32,000 nucleotides of DNA, from assembly GCA_022646745.1 (NCBI GenBank), contig CP060262.1:2760001-2792000 (forward strand). The letters are read 5' to 3'. Under the pieces are notes generated by a model. The model made no database searches and was not told where the DNA came from. It saw only the letters and a list, made by a program, of their open reading frames with translations. This document shows positions 24,405 through 31,316 of this stretch, one piece after another (within the stretch, counting starts at the first letter, position 1; each line of letters starts with the position of its first letter). Source of the DNA: Planctomycetales bacterium (GTDB lineage Bacteria; 4484-113; JAFGCY01). The position numbers were made by a program, and so were the translations under genes.

Positions 24405-24865
24405 TGCTTGAGCTGGATACAGGCAGCGCGGAAGCGACACAGCGCCTGGCCGGCCGCATCGGTGAGCTGGTGGCCGGGCCGCTGCTGATCCTGCTCGTCG
24501 GCGACTACGGCACCGGCAAGACCACCTTCGTGCAGGGCCTGGCCCGCGGGCTCGGTTTCGAGGGCGTGGTGCGCAGCCCGAGCTACAACATCATGAAGAA
24601 GTATGAGGGCGGCCGCCTGCCACTGGTGCATGCCGACCTGTACCGTACCGGCAGCCAGGCTGACATCGAGGAGCTCGGCCTGATCGAGGAGACGGGCGAG
24701 GGCATCCTCGCGGTGGAATGGCCGAAGACGGAGCTACCGCAGCAGATGGGCATGCCCTGGCTGCGCATCGAATTCCGGCAGGGCAATGGCGATGCCGACC
24801 GCCGCACCCTGCTGCTGAGCTGGGAGAAAGAGGTTGAGACCGTGATCGGGGGGATGCTCGGATGA
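24404..24865 (+). CDS. tsaE: tRNA t6A37 biosynthesis ATPase TsaE
   Basis: 153 aa. Walker A GDYGTGKTTF. SPSYNIMKKY...LVHADLYR matches the TsaE signature (SPTF...Y...HxDxYR). The start overlaps the pyrK stop (TGATG). Confidence 0.85.
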   Translation: MLELDTGSAEATQRLAGRIGELVAGPLLILLVGDYGTGKTTFVQGLARGLGFEGVVRSPSYNIMKKYEGGRLPLVHADLYRTGSQADIEELGLIEETGEGILAVEWPKTELPQQMGMPWLRIEFRQGNGDADRRTLLLSWEKEVETVIGGMLG

Positions 24866-25485
24866 TCCTGTGCGTTGACAGTTCCGGCATCGGGGTGCAG
24901 TTCAGCATCGCTGAACCGGACGGGCATGAACTGGCAACGGTGCTCGCCGCACCGCGCTCTGAGCTGTCACGGGACATGAGCGCGATGTTTGCCCAGGTGC
25001 TGGACGCGGCCGGGATGCAGGATGGCACAGCCATCAAGCGGATCGTGGCCGGGCAGGGGCCGGGCACCTTCATCGGCACCCGCGTGGCCCTCAGTTTTGC
25101 CAATGGCCTGGCCGCAGCCGGCGGATTGCCGGTGGCCTCGTTTGACAGCCTGGCGGCCCTGCGCCTGACCGTCGGAGATCCGAGCGCGATTTCCGTGCGT
25201 GATGCGCGCCGCGGGCAGTTCTACGTGAATGATGGCGGGGAGAGCCGCATCATCGATGAGGAACAGCTCGTTGCCATCGTGGCGGAAACTACGTACATCG
25301 TCAGTGATGCCGTACCGCCCGAGCTGCATGCCGATCGTTCGCTGGCACATATGCAGGACCTGCTGGCCTTCTGCACGGGTCGGCTGGGCTGGCTGGAGCG
25401 CACGGCACCTAAGGCCATGATCGCCACCGCCGAGCCCTGCGAAGACGGCTATGCCGAGCCGGTTTACCTGCGCGATTACCTCTGA
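24862..25485 (+). CDS. tsaB: tRNA t6A37 biosynthesis protein TsaB
   Basis: 207 aa. MILCVDSSG N-terminus and GQGPGTFIGTRVALSFANGLA match TsaB (GPGSFTGLRIG). ATGA overlap with tsaE. Confidence 0.8.
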   Translation: MILCVDSSGIGVQFSIAEPDGHELATVLAAPRSELSRDMSAMFAQVLDAAGMQDGTAIKRIVAGQGPGTFIGTRVALSFANGLAAAGGLPVASFDSLAALRLTVGDPSAISVRDARRGQFYVNDGGESRIIDEEQLVAIVAETTYIVSDAVPPELHADRSLAHMQDLLAFCTGRLGWLERTAPKAMIATAEPCEDGYAEPVYLRDYL

Positions 25486-25518
25486 TTGCACACCGATTCA
25501 CCACATCGCGGCGGGCAG

Positions 25519-25524
25519 TAGAAT
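25519..25524 (+). promoter_or_regulatory. -10 hexamer 6 nt upstream of the pyrF ATG (leaderless-type promoter candidate)
   Basis: TAGAAT, then taacac, then ATG (25531). A possible -35 TTCACC lies 16 nt upstream. No SD. Confidence 0.4.
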
Positions 25525-25530
25525 TAACAC

Positions 25531-26454
25531 ATGGCTGCTCTCAACTTCGCTGACAGACTGAGTGAGCGGATCCGCGCGAACAACTCACGCGTGGTGGTGG
25601 GCCTTGATCCCAATCCGGCCAAGTTCCCCGTCGAACTGAAGCAGGCCTGGGAGCAGGCATCGGACAGGGCAGCCCGCGCTGAAGTGGTACGTGAATTCTG
25701 CGATACCGTAATCCGTGCCAGCCAGTCCGTGGCCTGCGCCTTCAAGCCGCAGATTGCCTTCTTCGAGCAGTTCGGCAGCGCCGGCATCGCCGTGCTGGAG
25801 GAACTGCTGAGGGCCAACCCCGACAGCATCTTCATCATGGACTGCAAGCGCGGCGACATCGGCTCCACAGTCGAAGCCTATACAAAGGCATACTTCGAGC
25901 TGCCCGGTGAGCCGGCTGCCCCAATGTCCTGTGCTGCGGTGACGCATAACCCCTACCTCGGGCTGGACAGCGTGCTGCCGTACTTCCCGTACCTCGCCGA
26001 GGACCGCGGGATGTTCATCCTCTGCAAGACCTCCAACCCCAGTGCACTGGACTTCCAGGACCGGCTGGTGGATGACCGCTCGCTGTACCTGATCGTCGCA
26101 GAGCAGATTGAGCTGTGGGGCGAGGAGTTCATCGGCGAGTGCGGTTTCAGCTCAATGGGGCTGGTGGCCGGGGCGACGCATCCCTACGACGGTGAGGCGA
26201 TCCGCAATGCTGCGCCGCATGCGCTGTTCCTCGTGCCGGGTATCGGCACCCAGGGCGGCAAGGTGGATGACGCGCGGGCCTTCACTGATGAGAATGGCAA
26301 CGGCGCGGTGTTCAACTTCAGCCGCAGCGTGATCTACCCGCAGCTGCACGGCCCCTTTGCTGAGGACCAGGGTGGCAGCGGTGATTTCGCGAGCATGGTT
26401 AAGCAGGCCGCCGACTTCTACCGTAAGGCGCTCAACTCCTCGCTGGGCTTCTAG
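25531..26454 (+). CDS. pyrF: Orotidine-5'-phosphate decarboxylase, type 2 (long form)
   Basis: 307 aa. VVVGLDPN, AFKPQIAFFEQFG and IFIMDCKRGDIGSTVEAY are type-2 PyrF blocks. Confidence 0.85.
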   Translation: MAALNFADRLSERIRANNSRVVVGLDPNPAKFPVELKQAWEQASDRAARAEVVREFCDTVIRASQSVACAFKPQIAFFEQFGSAGIAVLEELLRANPDSIFIMDCKRGDIGSTVEAYTKAYFELPGEPAAPMSCAAVTHNPYLGLDSVLPYFPYLAEDRGMFILCKTSNPSALDFQDRLVDDRSLYLIVAEQIELWGEEFIGECGFSSMGLVAGATHPYDGEAIRNAAPHALFLVPGIGTQGGKVDDARAFTDENGNGAVFNFSRSVIYPQLHGPFAEDQGGSGDFASMVKQAADFYRKALNSSLGF

Positions 26455-26551
26455 GTCTGACTCATCCAATTCTCCGTGACTGCACGCCTACGCATGTGCG
26501 CGCAAATTCGCATCTACAAAATGGGAACTGAGTGAGGTCGGATGGGCTTGA

Positions 26552-27676
26552 TTACAGGCCGAGCAGGCTGCCGGCCTTGTCCAGGCCACTGGAGACATAG
26601 GCACGGATCTTGACCGGGCCGGTGAAGGTGCCGGCGTAGTAGCTCAGCTGCACCTGGCCGCTGGCGTCCGTGACCGGGTCGATCACCTGGATCTGGCCGT
26701 TCTGCTCATCGAGGAACTCCACGCGGATCTCAACGCCGCTGAGCGGCAGGCCGTAGAGGTCGGTGACCTCGGCCACCAGGTTCAGCTCGGACACGCCATC
26801 CGCCGGGACCACGGCACCCTTGCGGGCCAGGCCGGCGCTGAACTGGTTGTTGTAGAACAGCTCGATGTGCGCCCCGGTGCTCTTGACCAGGGTGAAGTTG
26901 AAGCTCTCGGTCAGGCCCGTGCTGGGCTCGATCAGGGCCACGCTCAGCACACCGGGCTGGCGGCCGCTCATCACGTCCACGCTGAAGTTGCCCTGCGCAT
27001 CTGTGGCCTTCTGCTCAATGATCAGCTGGCCCTCGCCGGCCTGGATCACGGGCAGCAGGGGCACGCCCGGTGCCGGGCTGCCATCCGCATGGGTCAGGCG
27101 CGCGCTGAGGGTGGAGATGCTGCTGCCGTCCGCGGCCAGCTGGTCGGGGAAGGCGTTCATCTGCAGGCGGTAGTAGTTCGCCGCGCTGGACTGGCGGTCC
27201 AGGTAGAGCTGGTACTCCTCAGGCGTGACGAGCTGCAGGTTCAGGTAGGTCACGGGAGCGATCGGGATCTCGATCTCGCTGCTCAGCTCGCGCTGGGCGA
27301 CATGGAAGCTGATCCTGGCTGAGGTCGGCAGCATACCGCTGCGGTAGTCGAAGCTGGCCAGTCCGGCTTCATCTGTGACAGCCGTGGTGGAGGCGAGGAA
27401 GCCACCGCCGTCGGTCACACGGGCTTCAACAGTCTCACCGGCCAGCGGCTTGCCGTCATTGACCAGCATCACCTGGATCTCGCTTTCGCTGCGGCCGTCG
27501 TTGGGGAGTGCTTCGGGATAGGCGTGGGTGAGGATCGCGGTGCCCTCAACCTGCTCGTGGTTCGGGAAGAAGATATTGCCGATCAGGGCCAGATCGAAAA
27601 GAGCAGAAGCCGGCGCCACCATGACCAGCATGATGACTGCTGCAATTCCTGCTGTCTTCCACCCTGTCGTTTTCAT
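26552..27676 (-). CDS. Membrane-anchored or secreted protein with three Big_1 (invasin/intimin-type) Ig-like repeats
   Basis: 374 aa with an N-terminal hydrophobic anchor AGIAAVIMLVMVAPASA. Three ~95-aa repeats carry the pattern P..L.ADG.S.S.......D..G.P..G..V.......G........TD..G.A. Confidence 0.7.
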   Translation of the reverse strand: MKTTGWKTAGIAAVIMLVMVAPASALFDLALIGNIFFPNHEQVEGTAILTHAYPEALPNDGRSESEIQVMLVNDGKPLAGETVEARVTDGGGFLASTTAVTDEAGLASFDYRSGMLPTSARISFHVAQRELSSEIEIPIAPVTYLNLQLVTPEEYQLYLDRQSSAANYYRLQMNAFPDQLAADGSSISTLSARLTHADGSPAPGVPLLPVIQAGEGQLIIEQKATDAQGNFSVDVMSGRQPGVLSVALIEPSTGLTESFNFTLVKSTGAHIELFYNNQFSAGLARKGAVVPADGVSELNLVAEVTDLYGLPLSGVEIRVEFLDEQNGQIQVIDPVTDASGQVQLSYYAGTFTGPVKIRAYVSSGLDKAGSLLGL

Positions 27677-27870
27677 ATCTCGCTAACCTACACTAACTTA
27701 TTCGCCGGTGGGACACTCTGATTTTAAACCCTTTATAACTATAGATACCTCATTTCCCGCAAAAATTCCGGCGGGCATGGCATTCCACATCGAATCTCCA
27801 CAAATGAGAGTGATAGGCATTTCGCATACACGCGCGTGATAAGCTTCAGGCTGATCTCCCGGAGTCAGTC

Positions 27871-28326
27871 ATGGAAGCCTATTCCGCCGTCAAACTGCTG
27901 CATGTCACCTGCGCGCTCATAAGCATCAGCGGCTTCATCTACCGCTTCGTGCTGCTCAAGCACCGCGTGGACCTGAAGGCCAAGTTCACCACGAAGGTGC
28001 TGCCGCACATCATTGACACCGTGCTTTTGGGCAGTGCGGTCGGGCTGATCATCATGGGGCCCTTCGACCTGCTGAGTGAGCACTGGCTGCTGGCTAAGAT
28101 CGTGCTATTGGTGGCATACATCGGCTTCGGCATGAAGGCGCTCAAGCCCAAAATTGACGACGAAGTACGGCGCAAGGCCTTCAACGCTGCCTGCATCTGC
28201 ATCTTCCTGATCCTCTGCCTGGCCTTCGAGCACCTGTTCCGTGTCAACAAGGGCGACCTGCTTTCCAACGGGGCGCAGAAAGCCACGGTGGTTGAAGAGT
28301 ACGACCACAGCAAGGGCAAGGAGTAG
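27871..28326 (+). CDS. SirB-family small membrane protein
   Basis: 151 aa with 4 predicted TM helices. KLLHVTCALISISGFIYRF and VLPHIIDTVLLGSAV resemble SirB1/SirB2-family motifs. SD GGAG lies 7 nt upstream. Confidence 0.6.
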   Translation: MEAYSAVKLLHVTCALISISGFIYRFVLLKHRVDLKAKFTTKVLPHIIDTVLLGSAVGLIIMGPFDLLSEHWLLAKIVLLVAYIGFGMKALKPKIDDEVRRKAFNAACICIFLILCLAFEHLFRVNKGDLLSNGAQKATVVEEYDHSKGKE

Positions 28327-28331
28327 GGGAC

Positions 28332-29489
28332 TCAGCCGTCCGCGAGCAGTTCGCAGACCCGCTGGATTTCTTCCTCAGTGTTGTAGATATGCGGCGAGAG
28401 GCGCATGCCGAAGCGCGGACGGTTGTCGTGGTGCACAGCGGCCTGCTGCAGCTTCGCTGACATTGCCTCGTGATTTCGCAGGCCGATTGCAATCGTGCCG
28501 CCTTCCACATCCGCGCCCTGCGGCGTGTTGACAACATGCCCATTGGCGAGTGCCGCCTCACGCAGCATGCCCTTCAGGGCAAGGTTGTGGCTGCGGATCG
28601 TTTCCATCCCGATTGCCTGTGTGCAGCGGATTGCGGCACTGGCGATCATCGCCGGCTGCGGGACAGGTGTGCCGCCCATGAAGCGCCAGGCGTTTGCGCT
28701 GTAGCGAAAGTCGTGGATATCCATTTCAAAGGGGTTCTCATGGCTCCACCAGCCGACGTCCACGGGCTGGCACTGCTGGAGCATCTCCTCCGAGGCCCAG
28801 AGGAAGCTCGCCCCCTGGCCGCCGCAGAGCCACTTGACGCTGCAGCCGAGCACGAAGTCAGCATCCCAGGCGGGGATGTCAATCGGCACCACACCGACTG
28901 ACTGCGCGATGTCAACGACGGAAATGATCCCGCGCTCGCGGCAGACCCGGCAGATTTCGGCAACGGGGTTCAGGTAGCTGTTGTTGCTGCAGGAGTGCAT
29001 GATCAGCGCCAGTTTCACGTCGCTCGTGAGTGCGGCATCCCAGCGCTCGAGGCTGGTCACGCCATCCTCGTCAGCGAGGAAGCGCGGCTGCCAGCCGAGA
29101 TGATGGGCCACCTGCTGGGCGGCATAGCTCATCGAGGGGAAGTCCATTTCACTGAGCAGCACCAAGCTGCGCCCATTGCCGGGCAGGGCCGGCATCAGCT
29201 TGCATAGCCCGCTCGACAGGTTGGCCTGCATGCAGTAACTGGCGGCATTGCCACCGAGCAGGCCGCTGAGCGCCTTGTGGAAGCCCTCGATCTCACGCAG
29301 CCACAGCGGCCAGGAATTGCAGCCGCCTTCGGCCCAGTGCCCGATGAACAGGCGGCTGGCGCGGCGCGCCCGCTCGGAGAGGCAACCCACGGCGTGGTTC
29401 AGCAGGTAGGTACCGGCCGGCACGTCGAACACTTCGTTGCCAACATGGCGCTTGTGCGTGGCCGGGGACTGGGTCGCTGGATCGTTCAC
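28332..29489 (-). CDS. kynU: Kynureninase-like class-V-fold PLP hydrolase
   Basis: DADFVLGCSVKWLCGGQGASFLW (PLP-Lys block, compare CxYKYLNxGPG), GWWSHENPFEMD, RFMGGTPVPQP and LSPHIYNTEEEI match kynureninase blocks. The start is uncertain. The track ATG at 29570 adds 27 codons that consist of two perfect palindromes. I place the start at in-frame GTG 29487-29489, 6 nt downstream of TATAAT (29496-29501, minus strand). Confidence 0.65.
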   Translation of the reverse strand: MNDPATQSPATHKRHVGNEVFDVPAGTYLLNHAVGCLSERARRASRLFIGHWAEGGCNSWPLWLREIEGFHKALSGLLGGNAASYCMQANLSSGLCKLMPALPGNGRSLVLLSEMDFPSMSYAAQQVAHHLGWQPRFLADEDGVTSLERWDAALTSDVKLALIMHSCSNNSYLNPVAEICRVCRERGIISVVDIAQSVGVVPIDIPAWDADFVLGCSVKWLCGGQGASFLWASEEMLQQCQPVDVGWWSHENPFEMDIHDFRYSANAWRFMGGTPVPQPAMIASAAIRCTQAIGMETIRSHNLALKGMLREAALANGHVVNTPQGADVEGGTIAIGLRNHEAMSAKLQQAAVHHDNRPRFGMRLSPHIYNTEEEIQRVCELLADG

Positions 29490-29495
29490 AGGGCG

Positions 29496-29501
29496 ATTAT
29501 A
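29496..29501 (-). promoter_or_regulatory. -10 hexamer 6 nt upstream of the candidate GTG start of the kynU-like gene
   Basis: The minus strand reads TATAAT, then cgccct, then GTG. Same geometry as at pyrH, pyrK, pyrF and the GT4 gene. Confidence 0.3.
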
Positions 29502-29507
29502 CGGTGT

Positions 29508-29688
29508 GTAGCTCCAAGAGCTACAGGGCCCTGTTGCTCTCAGAGCAACACTCCGCCCGGCTAGCACCATAGGTCCGATGGAGGCCAGGCAGTTTGCCTG
29601 GCAGACGCCAAGCTTACAGCTTGGCCTCCGACTGAACAGCTTCGCAGTGCCTCCGACTGCCGAAACCGGAAACCCGCAACCTGAAACC
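29508..29688. repeat. Cluster of REP/BIME-like perfect palindromes, direct repeats and a heptamer array
   Basis: gtagctc-caa-gagctac (29508-24). tgttgctc-tca-gagcaaca (29532-50). ccaggca-gtt-tgcctgg (29585-601). ccaagct-tac-agcttgg (29608-24). gcctccgactg occurs twice (29624-34 and 29649-59). (NGAAACC)x4 at 29661-88. Confidence 0.85.
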
Positions 29689-29713
29689 TGTTGTGCGACT
29701 TGCGCCGCGCCTC

Positions 29714-31102
29714 CTATATCAGCTCGAACTCGCTGGTGAAGTGGCGCAGCACCGGGGTCTCCTTCACGAAGCGCACGCCGCGGATACTTTCGTGGTCAGC
29801 CTTCATACGGATCAGCGTATTGGCAACGAACTCAAGCTGGGTGTAGCTGTAGGTGCGGTGCGGTATGGCGAGGCGCACGAGGTCCAGTCCTTCGAAGCGG
29901 TCCTGTTTCGTCACCGCATCGCGTCCGCGCAGCACGCTGCCGATCTCAACCGAGCGCACACCGCCTTCGAGGTACAGCGCGAGGCTGAGGGCCTGGGCCG
30001 GGAACTGCTCGCGCGGCAGATGCGGGCAGAACTGTGCCGCGTCCACATACACCGCATGCCCGCCGGGAGGCCAGGTCACGCTGATGCCGGCCTCGCGCAG
30101 CAGCACCGAGAGGTGCGCCACCTGGCCGGTGCGGTAGGCGAGGTAGTCCGGGCTGCAGCATTCCTGCAGGCCCTGGGCCAGCGCGTCCATGTCGCGCCCG
30201 CTCATGCCGCCGTAGGTGGAGAAGCCGTCGAACAGGATCTCGTACATGCGCAGTTGCTCATATAGCTCGTGGCTGCGCACCGCGATGAAGCCACCCATGT
30301 TGACAAGCCCGTCCTTCTTGGCGCTCATCCACATGCCGTCAGCCTGGGCCATGATCTCGCGCAGGATCGCGCCGATGCTCCAGTTGGAGAAGCCCTGCTC
30401 ACGCTGCTGGATGAACCAGGCGTTCTCGATCACGCGCGCGCTGTCAATCAGGAAGGGCTTTTCGAACTGCCGGCAGATCTCTCCGACGCGCCGTACATTC
30501 TCCAGGCTGGCAGGCTGGCCGCCGCCGCTGTTGCAGGTCAGGGTCATGCACACCAGCGGGATCTTGTCGCCATGCTCGCGCAGGTAGCTTTCCAGTTTGG
30601 CGGTGTCCATGTTGCCCTTGAAGGGATGGTCGGACTGCAGGTCGTAGATCCTGTCGTGCACCAGGTTGACATCAATCGCCTGCTGGTACTGCACGTGCGC
30701 GGCGGTGGTGTCAAAATGGATGTTGTTTGGGACATGGTCGCCGGGCTTGAGGAAGTGCGTCATCAGCACGAGCTCGGCTGAGCGGCCCTGGTGTGTTGGC
30801 AGCACATGCTCGAAGCCGAAGATCTCCTCGATGGAATTGCGCAGGCGCCTGAAGCTCAGGCTGCCGGCGTAGGCCTCGTCGCCGCGCATCAGCGCGGCCC
30901 ATTGGTTGTGGCTCATCGCGCCGGTGCCGCTGTCGGTCAGCAGGTCGATGAACACGTCGTCACTGGCCAGGTTGAACAGGTTGTACTTCGCCGTCTCCAG
31001 GCGGCGACGGCGTTCCTGCGCGCTGATCTGGCGAATCGGCACGACGCTCTTGACGTAGAAGGGTTCGGGTTGCAGGTAGTCCCATGCGTTGTCATTTGTC
31101 AT
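29714..31102 (-). CDS. tnaA: Beta-eliminating lyase, tryptophanase (tryptophan indole-lyase) type
   Basis: 462 aa, collinear with TnaA/TPL. DVFIDLLTDSGTGAMS, GDEAYAGS, PTHQGRSAE, PLP-Lys block MSAKKDGLVNMGG, GGHAVYVD and FPAQAL are all present. The positions that distinguish TnaA from tyrosine phenol-lyase read HFDTT (Asp, as in TnaA) and LRHFT (His, as in TnaA). Confidence 0.85.
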   Translation of the reverse strand: MTNDNAWDYLQPEPFYVKSVVPIRQISAQERRRRLETAKYNLFNLASDDVFIDLLTDSGTGAMSHNQWAALMRGDEAYAGSLSFRRLRNSIEEIFGFEHVLPTHQGRSAELVLMTHFLKPGDHVPNNIHFDTTAAHVQYQQAIDVNLVHDRIYDLQSDHPFKGNMDTAKLESYLREHGDKIPLVCMTLTCNSGGGQPASLENVRRVGEICRQFEKPFLIDSARVIENAWFIQQREQGFSNWSIGAILREIMAQADGMWMSAKKDGLVNMGGFIAVRSHELYEQLRMYEILFDGFSTYGGMSGRDMDALAQGLQECCSPDYLAYRTGQVAHLSVLLREAGISVTWPPGGHAVYVDAAQFCPHLPREQFPAQALSLALYLEGGVRSVEIGSVLRGRDAVTKQDRFEGLDLVRLAIPHRTYSYTQLEFVANTLIRMKADHESIRGVRFVKETPVLRHFTSEFELI

Positions 31103-31146
31103 TTACTACTCCGGATATTACATCTTAGAGATATCGGATATTTGAC

Positions 31147-31198
31147 GTAGGGACGGGGTAATACCCCGTCCCGGGAGGCGGTATTACCGCCTCCCTAC
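31147..31198. repeat. Two abutting 23-nt perfect palindromes
   Basis: gggacggggt-aat-accccgtccc (31150-72) is immediately followed by gggaggcggt-att-accgcctccc (31173-95). They are flanked by gta/tac. Confidence 0.9.
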
Positions 31199-31229
31199 TT
31201 CAATGGATCGTTGTCAGTTTCCGGAATGC

Positions 31230-31290
31230 CTGCATCCTGCCTGCGGCGGGATGCAGCACCCCTGGTCAGTCCTGCTTCGCGGGACTGACC
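31230..31290. repeat. Two further intercistronic hairpins
   Basis: ctgcatcc/ggatgcag is an 8-bp stem (31230-56). ggtcagtcc/ggactgacc is a 9-bp stem (31264-90). They are followed by the direct repeat gcgcctgg x2 (31293-312). Confidence 0.8.
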
Positions 31291-31316
31291 TCCGCGCCTG
31301 GCTTGCGCCTGGCCTC

